From Marsupella aquatica (Eukaryota > Plantae > Marchantiophyta), in contig OZ316894.1 in the NCBI GenBank assembly GCA_973895155.1, positions 9,709,440 through 9,773,439 of the forward strand: a stretch of DNA of 64,000 nt. The letters run 5' to 3'. Under the pieces are notes generated by a model that had not been told where the DNA came from, searched no databases, and saw only the letters and a list, made by a program, of their open reading frames with translations. This document shows positions 22,811 to 34,678 of the stretch, piece after piece; position 1 is the stretch's first letter, and the number at the start of each line of letters is the position of its first letter. The position numbers and the translations under genes are program-made.

Positions 22811-25800
22811 ATGGCGGAGGGTGTGGTCGTTCGGCGAGTCATACCTTCGGATAACAGTTGTCTCTTCAATGCTGTTGGGTAAGATTTTCTACTTCAGCCT
22901 ATGCCTAATATCTTATGAGGAAGGCTACTATTATGGTTCTGTGATGGATGAACTTTGCCTTTTCTTGTGGTCGGCGTTATTAGGAATTGCAAGTAATACT
23001 ATGTTAGACTGAGAATTGATTTGCTGGGCATCCAGTGATTTTACTGATTCGTCGAGTAAAGAGAAATGAATGCTCGATTATTACGATCTTTTTGTTGTTA
23101 TTAAATGACTCAAAATGTCAGGATGAATAGATGTTCAAAGAGAATCTTGATCCTCACGGATATTGTGCAAATAGATAAAATTCCCACCCGTCTGAAGAGA
23201 TGGATTTTTTTCTGCTTTGAAAAGTTTCATGACCACAATTCAATTCCGAGGTAGAAGGATAAGTGATGGTTGATGGTGGTCCAATCGAACCACAAGACCA
23301 GAAATGAAGTTAAACTTTGCCGAAATTGACTGAAGTAGAGCACCAATAGGAGTAGAGTGCGATAGAGGTAGGATAATCATCAGCGGAATCGGACTCAGCG
23401 GTAGCTTGCAGGAAATATGGGAACACGAGTTTATCAGAATCCGTTTTTGTGTATCTATTGCAACCCGGTGGCGATAATTGTGGAAATGAAGATACCATGA
23501 TTTTGATTTTAAGCATGTTGTGTCTAGTATGACGAAAAGAGCTCTGTAGCTTTATTAAGAGGTTCTTTTCGTTCAGACAGACTTAGAGAGCCCGACTAAG
23601 TTTGGGGATTGATGTTCGTCTTCAGCCTTTGTCCTCGGCCAGGAGTACTTATAAGATCTGTGTTCTCTTCTAATCTGATTTCAGCTATGTGATGGAACAC
23701 AATTTGGACAAAGCACCTGAGTTGAGACAGGTTTGTGCACTTTCCTATTCTCGCGTTTCTGTTCATGGAAGTCATTGTCTAGGCTGGGAGTATCAACTAC
23801 ACGAACTCCATTCTCTCATTTTGATGTACCAACGTGAGTTGGATCAGAAACCTAAAGCGTGGTGAATGGTCCGTATAATGTTGAAGAGAAATTGAGTCAC
23901 TTGTCATTGTAGAACTTTAAGGTATACTCAAAAATCTGAGTACAGACCTGACAAGCCAGTCGTTCCCTCTCTGATGTGGAAGGATGCCGTTACATGATTT
24001 CTAGTGACTTAGTCGTTTAACGGCTTACAAGACCGAGATTTAGGTTGCTATGTATATCTTAGTTGGAACAGGACATTAACATGACTCTCATGGAATCTTG
24101 GTTTAACGGCTCACAAAGACCGAGATTTAGGTTGCTATGTATGTCTTAGGTGAAACAGGACATCAACATGACTCCTGAAACTCAGATCATAAGTATATTA
24201 CCTTCCTCTTACCTTTCTTGATCTTAAGGGCCTGATGGGCATTTCTTTTGAAGTCTGGGATGATATTGATCATGTGACATTGTTGGTTAAGGTTATCGCA
24301 GCAACGGTGGCCAGTGACCCAACAACTTATAGTGAAGCTTTCTTGGCAAAACCAAATGAAGAGTACTGCCAATGGATCCTCCATCCTGACAAGTGGGGAG
24401 GTTTGTTCTATACTTTTGACATGGTTTACTCCAAAGCATTTTATTCTTGAAAGGCCTGTAAGTGGAGGGGTCAATGCTCATGTTAGAGTCGTGAAAGCAA
24501 CCAATATCCTTTATATATGGTTTTGATGACTGGTGTGGGATGAATCCAGGAGCAATAGAGCTTGCCATATTATCAGATTATTATGGACGTGAAATTGCAG
24601 CATATGATATTCAGACAACTCGATGTGATTTGTACGGCCAGGTATACCATAAGCATAAGGCGAAATGATTAGAATGCTTTGTATTGGCTCTTTTGCTGAC
24701 TGCTGTAGTTAAATATCAAGATCCTAATTTCCTTTAAGTGAAAGGAAGATAGGGAGGGATCAGGGACCATTGCTAGTACGTTTTCGATTTTACTCTTTTG
24801 AAGTTTCTTTTCCTTTTCTCTTTCTTGAACTTGAACTTGGTTGGCTCGACCGTTTTCGAAGCAAAACTAGTTTTAGCGTAGCAAATTATCTCCGAATGAG
24901 TAGTTTGCATATTACAGCTCTTCAAAATGCTGTGTCCACTTGGATTTAACCGTTCCTCATTTCTGCCTTGTGCGCAGGGCAAAGGTTTGGATGAACGTGT
25001 TATGGTAATTTATGATGGACTTCATTACGATGCCTTGGCTGTGAGTTTTACTTTCATCCTGCCCAATACTTGCAAACAACCCAGGAGAGTGGTGGTCCTT
25101 GTGAACTGGCGTTTGGAACATGCTTGTTGTAGAACGATTGTGGCTGTAATCGTGATTTGATGTATCAATGTGCTTGTCTATGAAGCAACTTTAATTGCGG
25201 CGGATGGTCACCTTTCATTTGAACTGAGACAAGTTCCATATTGTTAACAGATGACTCCTTTCGAAGAAGCTCCACTAGAAGTGGACCAGACAATCTTCAA
25301 TGTGGATAAACATGGCCAGATTGGAATGCCTTCTAAGCTTGCTGAAAAACTGGTTGCTGATGCTCACAGGTATGCTTTATAGCGGTGGTAATTTACCAGA
25401 TTTTCTGGATTCAATCACTGAAGTTCTTGTTTACTGTCAAGAAACAATTTTGAAAATGTCTGTTCGGAAAATTTTCAGCATCCTGTGGTCTAATCATGAT
25501 GTCAAGATTCAAGCAAGTGTGTATCAAAGTGTTTGGTTGGAATCACGATCCGTGTGTCTCTTGGTTGCAGGGCAAGGAAGTTCACTGACACTGGCAACTT
25601 TACACTCCGTTGTGGTATATGTCAAAAAGGAGTAGTCGGGCAAAAGGTCTCTACATGCACTCAAGACGCTAATTGGTCTGTTTTGGTCTTTTCTCATTCT
25701 TGCCGGACACTCTGGATTATTTTTCTGCGACTTTGAATGAAAGGTTTTTCTCGGAAATCACTTGTGCATGGGTATGGAGTACTTCTGATGAATCGTAATT

Positions 25801-25873
25801 TGGGCCCTTTGTGCAGGAAGCGGTTGAACATGCCAAAGCAACTGGGCATGCAAACTTTCAAGAATATAGATAG
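22811..25873 (+). CDS. OTU2: OTU1/YOD1-type deubiquitinase (plant OTU2-like), 8 exons
   Basis: Exons are 22811-22878, 23685-23730, 24292-24400, 24550-24641, 24978-25040, 25251-25369, 25571-25646 and 25817-25873. All introns are GT-AG and phase-consistent. Motifs: IPSDNSCLF (catalytic Cys), [16 protein letters not shown] (catalytic His), and a C-terminal zinc finger [20 protein letters not shown]. Confidence 0.95.
24015..24175. repeat. Intronic tandem duplication (~86 bp)
   Basis: gtttaacggct.aca.agaccgagatttaggttgctatgtat.tcttag...aacaggacat.aacatgactc occurs twice. Confidence 0.85.
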
Positions 25874-28800
25874 CATAGATTCTTGTAGATAGTTCCCAGC
25901 TCCTCAGGGTATAAGTTATTGCTTGATTTGGAGTTCTTATGCAGTTTGCAAGAGCTTGTGCTCCTTTTTCCTTCATTTGCCTCGCCCCATTCTTTTGAGA
26001 TACATATAAGAGTTCTGTTGAGATTGGACTTCAATCGTGGTGTGAGGAGCCCACAAGGGGTAGTTGTATGTAGTATTGATTGTCCGTGTTGTGGATAAGA
26101 AATTGTATCACATCCTTTCGAGAAGGTACCCAGACAGATCAATGTACTAGTAATTGCAGGGGAATGTCGGTGATCTGGAATTGGAGTGTACAAACGCAAG
26201 GACTCTAATTCCCTTATTGGCAACTATATTATAGCAAGATTCAAAACCAGCAAAAAGTAAGACAACTGCTGCAATTGGAACATGCGTCGCATTGCTTCAA
26301 GAATACTGAGCTGCTTTGTAGGCAACCCACTAAACGCAAATAGGAAAATAGGAGATGATGGTGGCAGCCCTCCTCTTGACTCGTGAGGTTTTGTAAAGGA
26401 ACTTTGAGCAAACTGGTTTCTGACAACCAGTGGTGAAGCTAACTATCTAAAACTATAATAAGGGATCCGGTGTTTTTCTTTCCAATACAAAAAAGCTCCT
26501 AGACACCCTAATACAAAAAAGTTACTAGACACTAAAGATCCACATCCAAAGATTAGCTGTTTTCTCTGACCATTGATGGAAGAAATTTGCACCCCTGGTA
26601 TACATGTGCTTCCCGCTAACTCATAAATGCCTCGCTTAGACTCCTTATGGGCTGGCCCTCCTTGCACAGTGCAATGCACATAGGGCTCGCAGAAGCCCAT
26701 AATAATTGAAGCTGATGCCTAGATGGACCACAAGGTTTTACCAAAGGATGGAAAATGACCTGGTTAGAAACTTTTGATGCCCAACTATGTAAGCATTCCT
26801 ATATTTACATGGACCCTGCAGTTACAAATATCATGTTTTACTACCGTATCCTTGAAGCTCACCAACTTTCCTAACCTGCCTACATAACTATTTTCATTCA
26901 TAATCAGCCTCCTAATAATTCTGTGGTCACTTCAACAAATATACTCAAACCTGAGCTGTTCTGCCATTGGCTTGCAGTGAGTCATTTCAACATGTAAAAC
27001 CTAAGCTATATACTTATTAGAAAAGTTTGGGGTGCACTTCAGAAATTATGGTCAGTTTGGGGAATAGAGTAGTACAGCTCCATTTAATCACTATGTTTAG
27101 GATGAAATTTAACTTTCACCTAAAAACGACAACTGATAAGTTAGAACACTTAGAAAAAGCCCAGATAGATTTCCAAAGCGCAGATGGATTGGCACTGAAG
27201 ATGAAATAAGACTCGGTTATGTTGAATATAGATGCTACTTACAATCACACACACATGTGATACACCAATATGACTGTTATTAGAGTATATCTTGTTGTAT
27301 GAGTTTATAGTTTTAATATGTGTGCTACATGAGCCAATAGGGTTTAATTTATGTTTGGAGGGATAGTTATCCCTTGTGGTGGCTCGAAGGCCTTATCTTT
27401 CGATGTTGACCCTTTGAGCACGAGCTCTGGTGGCTATGGTGTGGCTGACCAGGTTATGTGTATGTAACATGGATTCCTTGAAGCACAAGGTGCGTTTGGC
27501 TCGACATTGTGTGTGATCGGATTGGACGTGATCGGTTGTGTATTGTTGGCATCAATTGCAGTTTGATTCTGTAAGAATTATTGTGGGTTTTGGACATGGG
27601 TTGCACTTGTAGCTCATTCTTTTATGTGTGTTTATGCCTATGTTTGGGTGTGTGTTGTCTGCCGTATGTTGTGTTAATGTGTATGCGCACAACAGATTCC
27701 AATTTTTAAATTTTATTCTCTCTTGTGTTTCCAATATATATATTTGTAAAAGTTAGAGTAATTCCAAATAAAATAAATTTTATTTATTTATATATTCTTT
27801 TTAAAAATCCAGCAAGGCACAAGGCAGACAGGTGATCCAGGAGGGGAGGGCTGAATGGGTGGATCTTAGGATGCGTTGAGTTTTTTGCCAAGATTGGCTC
27901 TTGGTTTTTTTTTTTCCATTTGCATGTGTGCAATCCACCATTTTTGGCGGGACATTTATTATAATGTTTGATAATGATACAAGTTTCTCCACAACATTTT
28001 GGAAACCCCATAGATCACAACATTTGGAGGATGCTTGCATTGCCCCCCTAACCTGCATGGATTGCTTTGAAATGTTACTTCTTACTAAGATATCTGGCTG
28101 GCTTCAAGCTCTAAGCAAGCATTCCCAAGACTTTATTACCAAGAAAATAATATAGTCAGAGGACTTTCTATCAAGTTTGCATTCCCCAGACAAATTGAAG
28201 GGAACCCAGCTGAACTTGTTGCATGGGTGCTTTGCAAAGTCTGCCAAGTATGTTGTTACATTCTTGGTTGACAATCAATGGTGCATAGTGACATTGAGCT
28301 CACTGACATTAGCCATGGCAAACATTGTGAGCTTGCAAGCAAGTGTCAAAAGGTTACCAAAATGTTGCTGGCAACAGATAACAGCATTCATCGTGTTTAA
28401 GCTTTCAAGGTGTCCTGCTATAGCGTTCTCCTTTGGGATCTCCATTATTTCTGAACCGGTTTGACAGAAATCTAGCAAAATATCACAACTCTCCTTTCAT
28501 TATGCTGAATTGATTTGGTGTTCAGTTTCTTCTTGCAGGAACTTTCAGTGAGCAAACAATGAAATCCAAATCTCTCTCAAGATTTACAATCTGACTTCCG
28601 CCAAATATGAGGTCGGTATTAACTTCAGATCCCTCATACTCTTACAATCCCCTCCATAGAATTTCAGTTCAGTCAAAACTGCAGGGACCTGAAAATATAT
28701 AATGCATAGATAAGCGAATCATTTCTATGAAACCACCAAAGCGACGGGAGAGCAGGAATACCCCCATCCAGAAAGGAAACAGCTATTTCATGATTTTCCT

Positions 28801-29279
28801 TCATTAGATTAACAAACTTCGTACCTCCTCAATGCACTAGAAACAAACTGGAATTCATTCACCAAAGTCCACCAGAAAAACCAGGAAACTGACGGAAGTT
28901 AACGAGGGTCACGAGGCGAATCCAGCAGAAACAGACCCAGGATTTCTTCAGAACAGGACAGACGATCTTAGAGTGCAATTCAAGTTACTTCCAGCCCTTG
29001 ATAAATCGGCTTAATCAAGAGACAGTATAGACACACCGCCATTTACAGTGTTCCGGCCCTCCTGTAGGCTACAGGCAGGTGAAAGTCAGTGGTGATCTTT
29101 GTTACTCAAAAGGCTATAGAGGTTCACATCCCTGGCGAAACAGCTCATACATAGCCCAGGTCATGCTCGGTAGACGACATCAACTACCCTCCGGTTTTCT
29201 CCATGTCAATAAAGGTGTGCTATTAACACACCAATCAGTGTACATCCACAATTTTAGGATGAAAAAGAGAAGAAATGGG

Positions 29280-29520
29280 ACCAATGAAAGAAGTACAGCT
29301 CTTCCAATGCATCGGATTGAGGTAAACATGAAGTCCAGTACGAAGAGCTCGAGGAAACGGACAGATGAGGAGAAAAGTAAAGCTCTTCCCCTGCAATGGA
29401 CTGAGGCAAAAATGGAGACCACTACAAAGAGCTCGTGGCAACGGAACAGGTGAGGACAGAAGTAAAGGTCTTTCCTTGCATCGGACTGAGGCAAAACTGG
29501 AGACCACTACAAAGCGCCCA
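29280..29520. repeat. Three degenerate ~84-bp tandem repeats
   Basis: agta.agctcttcc...tgca..ggactgaggcaaaa.tggagaccactacaaag recurs at ~29292, 29375 and 29461. Confidence 0.75.
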
Positions 29521-31171
29521 AAACTTGAAAATCTATCTCCATTGATCCTGCAAATGATGTCCACATATACGCACTGAGCAAAGCAAACTTTCAGAGTCCT
29601 GAACTGACTTGGCAGAAACAATCTATTTGAAAAGGAGATGGTGTTTTTCAGCTACCTTGAGGGGAGATGTCTTTTCCTGAATTGGGTGATAATAAAAGGG
29701 CATCCCAAATTCAGCTGAGCATCTAAAAAGGATGGTCTCCAGGGCACCTCTTCAGGGCAAAGTTGCTATCCTCCCATTACCAGCATATCGCTTTATCCCA
29801 GGGCTTACATGCTTATGGGTGCTTGATGCGAACAGACCGAGACATTGCTGTGCATTGTCGGTCTTGTTCCCAGAAATATTAGACTTCCCCATAGAGGACT
29901 TGTATATCCAAAGTTCGAATACCCTAAGTCATTCAGCAAAAGAGGCACTAGTTAAGGGAACAAATTGCGGCTGTTCATTACTAACATTCTGTCCAGACAA
30001 ATAGAATTGCAATCAGTAGAAATAGGCAATAGGAACAAAATCCAGAGGCAATCTGAGAAGAGAATACCAAAGATCAGACAATGGAGTAAATGATAAGTAA
30101 GGGGGTATACCTATTGCATCATGAAACTAATCAGAAATCTCTGAAAACCTTTTCAGTCCTGGGAAAGGGTCTCCATAGATGTTTGCCAAGAAGTGACATA
30201 ATGAGCACACAGCATGTGGGCAACACTGGCCAGAATTACCTGGCCCTTATTGAGAATATTGAACAAGACACGTAGAGATACATTTAAAAAGTCTGTCAAC
30301 CTACACCCTGTAACATAGATCATCCCATATTGCTCCTCTCGAGGCATCTGCCTGGAGAGCTCTTACAAAATGGCTATCAATGGACATGGGGTCCTGATAA
30401 AATGCCAGAATACTTCGTAGTATCTTGTGTGGCCGACGACATCACGAGCTGTGTTGGAGGTCCAATGAGATAAATAATTACAGTTTATGGACAGCTTTGA
30501 GGATTTACCCACTCTTCACAAGCGACAAGAACGAGCCAGGACCCAATCTTAATGGTTGTCCATAGTCCATGGATCATTCTCAACACCTTCGACCCACAAA
30601 GGTCCTTATCAGCATTCGGTCATAAGCTCTTGCCACCTTTCAGTTGCTGTACCCTAAAAGATACCTGGCATGGTACCCATACGTCCTGCAACTCGTATTA
30701 GATGGAACATAAGTAGTAAGAATGGCAGAAAGGAGGTGCTCTTCTGGCCCATTGTAACAATAAGAGCTCTTCCTCCAAACGCGATTATCAGAGGCCGGGA
30801 TTCAAATTCAGATCTTCTTCGTCGCTGAAAGCACCGCTTCAGTACAAAGCCTCTGCTGTATGATAATTACTGGACAGCTCGGTTCTAGGCACAAAGCCAC
30901 GAGGCACTCTCCATACGAAACTCCAACAACAAACTGTGGTTATATGCATCCTGCAAGTAGACCAATACAGCAGAGAACATCTCTCGCGCTATTCAGCGAT
31001 TGGGTCCCTGATGTTGGCAGAGACAGACGAGATGAAGTTCCATGCTCCCTGCCCAATCGCCCAAAAACACTACAGTACCGCTTGGGACGCGACGGTCGGT
31101 GGGATGGACCTTCCTTGCTTGAGCACAGAGAAGAGAGAAATCATCAAGCACGCACAGTTGAGTGGGGCGGG

Positions 31172-33151
31172 CTAGGATGTCGTGAGGCATAAACTTTCTG
31201 AGCAAGAACCACCCGATCTCTCAACATCCGCGTCTCGATGCGCCCGCCTGAGCTTGCTGCACCATGACTCAAATGCATCACTTAGATCTGGCCACGCCCT
31301 GCGGCATTTGAGACACGCTCCAATCCAGATTTTGAAGATCACTTCTTGATCGACCATTGGGAGAGTTTCAACCACAGCACCTAGGGCCTCCTCCATACTC
31401 CGGTGCGTTTCATCATGCGCAAAGTTATCGTCGTCGTTGCCGAGTTTTGCAATTACGGGTAACCAAGTCGTCAGCAATGTCAGCCGAACAGATCGCGGAG
31501 ACAGCACGTCTCCCCTTTGCAGAGCCTGGAACATTCTTACAAGAATCACGAAGAGTGTATCAGTGAAGGGGTTCTGGTACGTTCTGGAAACCATGAGTTG
31601 CGCAAGCTCTCTCTCTTCGGAAAACATTCTGACGGACTCGTCCGCAATTTGAAGCGTGAAAAGCTCATCCAAGAGCCACCGCAATGCCGAGCAGGCAATG
31701 CTCACTTGGTGTCCGTTCCATGAAAAGAAATTGGCGAACTTGCGAAGCTGCAACTTGAGACTTTCCAGATTGCCGGAAAACTCCTTGAAAAGGGCCACTT
31801 CATTCACCGTCGCAAATGCCGGAGACGACGCAGGCTGCACGTTGGCCAGCAAAACTCTCTCTGTGATATCTCTAGCCTTGGACGGGGCGCCGGTAGTGAC
31901 GAGAGTGAGAAGCTCTCCTAGCACACCTTGCATGATGTCGACGGGCTTCACATCAGGCAAGCTCTCAGGCGAACAAAGCCGAGCCGCTAAATCTTCCGAA
32001 GGCTGCAAGTGCAGGCTGGAAACGCACGCTCTAATCGCACTCTCGTTCTCATGAGTCCAGGGCACGGATTCCAAATATCTCATGCAAGCCGTCACGCAAT
32101 CATGGAACAAAAGCTCCGCTGCGACCTCCAATATACTCAGCGCATCCTCCACGCTCGTGAAGCACATATGCTTCACCCTATCCGGCACATAGAGCAATTG
32201 TATACACCTAACATACGTCCGCGGATCCCTACAATTGTCCAGCGTCAACTCCACAACGCCAGGATGAGATGATCCTTCTCCTCCTTTTCCACCATCACTG
32301 CTGCTACATCCAGTCTCTGCTCCGCTCCTCCACCTCTCCGACAGCCGCGCGTCGAAGAACTCCGACCTCCGAAGCGCCTTGGAATGCAAATACAACGGAG
32401 CCACTACCACCATCTCCTCCCCTCCTCCACTCCCACTCGCACCCTCCACCCCCGTCGTTGTCGATCCATCTTCAACACCACAACCCTCCCCTCCGCTTCC
32501 GCACGCCTCCACACCACCGCCGGCCCCCGAGCTCTTCAAATTCAGCACCACATCGGCCGATTGCGCGTCTCCATACCTCGGCCCGAATCCCAATCCCATC
32601 GCCAGCGCCATCCTCACACTCGGATGATGATCATGACCACCACCATTATTATTATTATTCTCCTCCTCGTAGTTCATCATCGTCTGCTCTCCTCCTCCTC
32701 CTCCTCCACCACCCCACCGCCTTCGCTCCACCCTCTGGTACTGCTGCTGCAAATGCTGCTGATAATGCTGCTGTTGCTGTTGCTGATGATAATAATATTG
32801 TAACTCTCCTCCTCCTCCTCCTGCTCCTCCTCCTGCTGGCCCGAGACCAATCCCAATTCCAATTCCGTCCTCGCTGCTCGAGCAATTCGCGACCGAGCTT
32901 CTCGTCGACGCACTCCACGGCAGAGCGACCACAGCTCCTCCTCCGACTCCTCCGACGAGTCCGACTATGGGCACCCCTCCTGCTCCTGCTCCTCCTGGTG
33001 GTGGTGCTCCGACTGCGGACGAGGAAGAAGCGGAGGCCGCAGCGGCCAAAGCCTGTCGACGGGCTCGCCTCCGCTCCCTGTAGCTGCCGCTATGGCTGTA
33101 GGAGTAGGGAGCGGGGCCTCCTCCACCACCTGCGCCTGGGGGCCCCCTCAT
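31172..33151 (-). CDS. BTB/POZ domain protein (At3g05675/At1g63850-like family), intronless, with Gly/Gln/Ser-rich N-terminus
   Basis: Domain segments LYLHSKALRRSEFFDARLSERW, YVRCIQLLY, ILEVAAELLFHDCVTACMRYLESVPW, RLTLLTTWLP and TLPMVDQEVIFKIW..WPDLSDAFESWC. The first ATG is at 33151 (659 aa). The ORF-track start at 33475 is a GTG. Confidence 0.88.
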   Translation of the reverse strand: MRGPPGAGGGGGPAPYSYSHSGSYRERRRARRQALAAAASASSSSAVGAPPPGGAGAGGVPIVGLVGGVGGGAVVALPWSASTRSSVANCSSSEDGIGIGIGLGPAGGGAGGGGGELQYYYHQQQQQQHYQQHLQQQYQRVERRRWGGGGGGGGEQTMMNYEEENNNNNGGGHDHHPSVRMALAMGLGFGPRYGDAQSADVVLNLKSSGAGGGVEACGSGGEGCGVEDGSTTTGVEGASGSGGGEEMVVVAPLYLHSKALRRSEFFDARLSERWRSGAETGCSSSDGGKGGEGSSHPGVVELTLDNCRDPRTYVRCIQLLYVPDRVKHMCFTSVEDALSILEVAAELLFHDCVTACMRYLESVPWTHENESAIRACVSSLHLQPSEDLAARLCSPESLPDVKPVDIMQGVLGELLTLVTTGAPSKARDITERVLLANVQPASSPAFATVNEVALFKEFSGNLESLKLQLRKFANFFSWNGHQVSIACSALRWLLDELFTLQIADESVRMFSEERELAQLMVSRTYQNPFTDTLFVILVRMFQALQRGDVLSPRSVRLTLLTTWLPVIAKLGNDDDNFAHDETHRSMEEALGAVVETLPMVDQEVIFKIWIGACLKCRRAWPDLSDAFESWCSKLRRAHRDADVERSGGSCSESLCLTTS

Positions 33152-34081
33152 CCTCGCCAGAAAGGCCCTTTTTGCCAGCAAACGCCCTCTCCTCGATTGG
33201 CCCGCCCCTTCGGCCCTGCCTGTCCTTTTACGTCCTCGCTCCCTGACTCCCTGACTCCCTGTTCGAGTGTTCGGGGCTGTTCCACTCCGCCTCCCGGGCC
33301 GGTCGCTGCCTCGCTCGAGGATTGGTGTCGGGCCCTGACCACCGGCACGCGCCCGTTCGATGCCCGCAACCCATTGGCTCGGACCAGCTGCCTCGCGCCT
33401 CGCGCCTGTTCCCGTCACCGGCTGGCGGCTGCTGCCTGCGAGAGGGCGGTCCCCGTCCGTCAGTCGGGCCTTCACCTCTCGAGAGCCAGACCGCCCCCAC
33501 CCTTTGGCTCGTGAGGAGCGGGTGAGGAGCGTTCGCAGTCGGGGGCCATTTGTACGGTCTTTCCTTTTTCGTCGTGGTTGCGAACTGCACCTTGTGACGG
33601 ATAAGATACTAAGAATATTCCTTATCTATAGATTAATCTCGGGGGTTAGATCTCCCAACATTTAAGGATAACCGTCCGATTCTAGAGAAGGGGGTTTGGG
33701 GCTAACTTGTAATATATTAGCCAGTTTATATATGGGTTATATTCCCATCCATCGCAGGCAGGATCAAATGTGTATTGGGCCCCAGCAGTTTGTGGTATTG
33801 GTAGGAGTTATTGAAAAAACTATACAAATGTGTAAATGAGGGGTTTGAGTTGCGGAACTCAACTCCTCTACCACTTAGCTCCCGCATCGTTGACTTTAAC
33901 GTCGAGCTCCTCTATGGTCCAGGTCTGGGATGGCCATCCGAAAAGGGACTAAGCATGAGTAGACTTGAGAGCAAGGAAACATTGATGGGCAAAGGTAATG
34001 CGCTGAGCTAGAGTACAAAAATTGTTTCACCCAAGATTACATTCCCCGCCTTTGCAAAAAGAAACATCTTTAAAAATCAAT

Positions 34082-34300
34082 TTGCTTTGGTCAGCCATGG
34101 GATTAGCCGACAACCAAGAGATCCCAAGTTCAATTCCCCTTCCACAGGGTTGTGGAGGGTGTATGAGTCTATGGTGAGTTCTGGTTTCACCCCTGATCCG
34201 CTTTGGGGCTCTGGTCTAACCCTCTCTCCCCTGGGTATGACCCCTTGTGTACGACCTTACAAAGGTGCATGATCCCGAGTTAATTGTATATCTTTTTTCG
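34082..34300 (+). mobile_element. tRNA-derived SINE copy
   Basis: B-box-like GTTCAATTCC at 34128-34137. The body cacagggttgtggagggtgtatg is shared with the minus-strand copy at ~62770-62866. The 3' part is shared with the rc of 13397-13486. Confidence 0.7.
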
Positions 34301-34678
34301 GAAGGGTCAGCTTTCCAGCTTTCCCTTCCAAGCCCCGCCCCCCATTCTTAGAAGTTACGCTGGTCATGAAGGTAGACTTCTCTTCCAAGAAGGTACACTT
34401 GAGAGAACGAATTCACTTTTTTGCCCCTTTATTGAAAATACACACACTTTTTATATACAAAGGGACCAAACAGAGTACATAAGAACAAACAAAAGAGGGT
34501 CCAAGTGGACAAAACCAAGCGTAAAAGAAGTGAGCAAAAGGGAACCACTAAACACCAAGAAAGAGGAACTAAAAGTAAGAAATGAGCAATAAGGAACCTC
34601 TAAAAACCAAAAAAGAGAGACTAAAACTAACCCAACCGGACCGAGGTCCTCATCATTCCTAGCGAATGTGGCAAAAAG

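Noticed and set aside
27240-28500. Possible degraded transposon coding remnants
   Set aside because: No transposase or RT motifs, termini or TSDs could be identified by eye.
32269-33246. 325-aa plus-strand ORF
   Set aside because: It is the antisense shadow of the GC-rich, trinucleotide-repeat BTB coding region and has no domain features.
33152-33475. 767-aa version of the BTB protein
   Set aside because: It begins at GTG. The extension is low-complexity and probably 5' UTR, so the first ATG (33151) was used.
34082-34140. tRNA gene (also 62800-62866)
   Set aside because: Only a B-box-like motif and a degenerate A-box are present. No cloverleaf could be formed, and a shared downstream body indicates a SINE.
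34380-34416. TSD for the CRE element
   Set aside because: The sequence next to the A tail (gagagaacgaattcac) is not repeated near the 5' end at ~39390, so that boundary is approximate.
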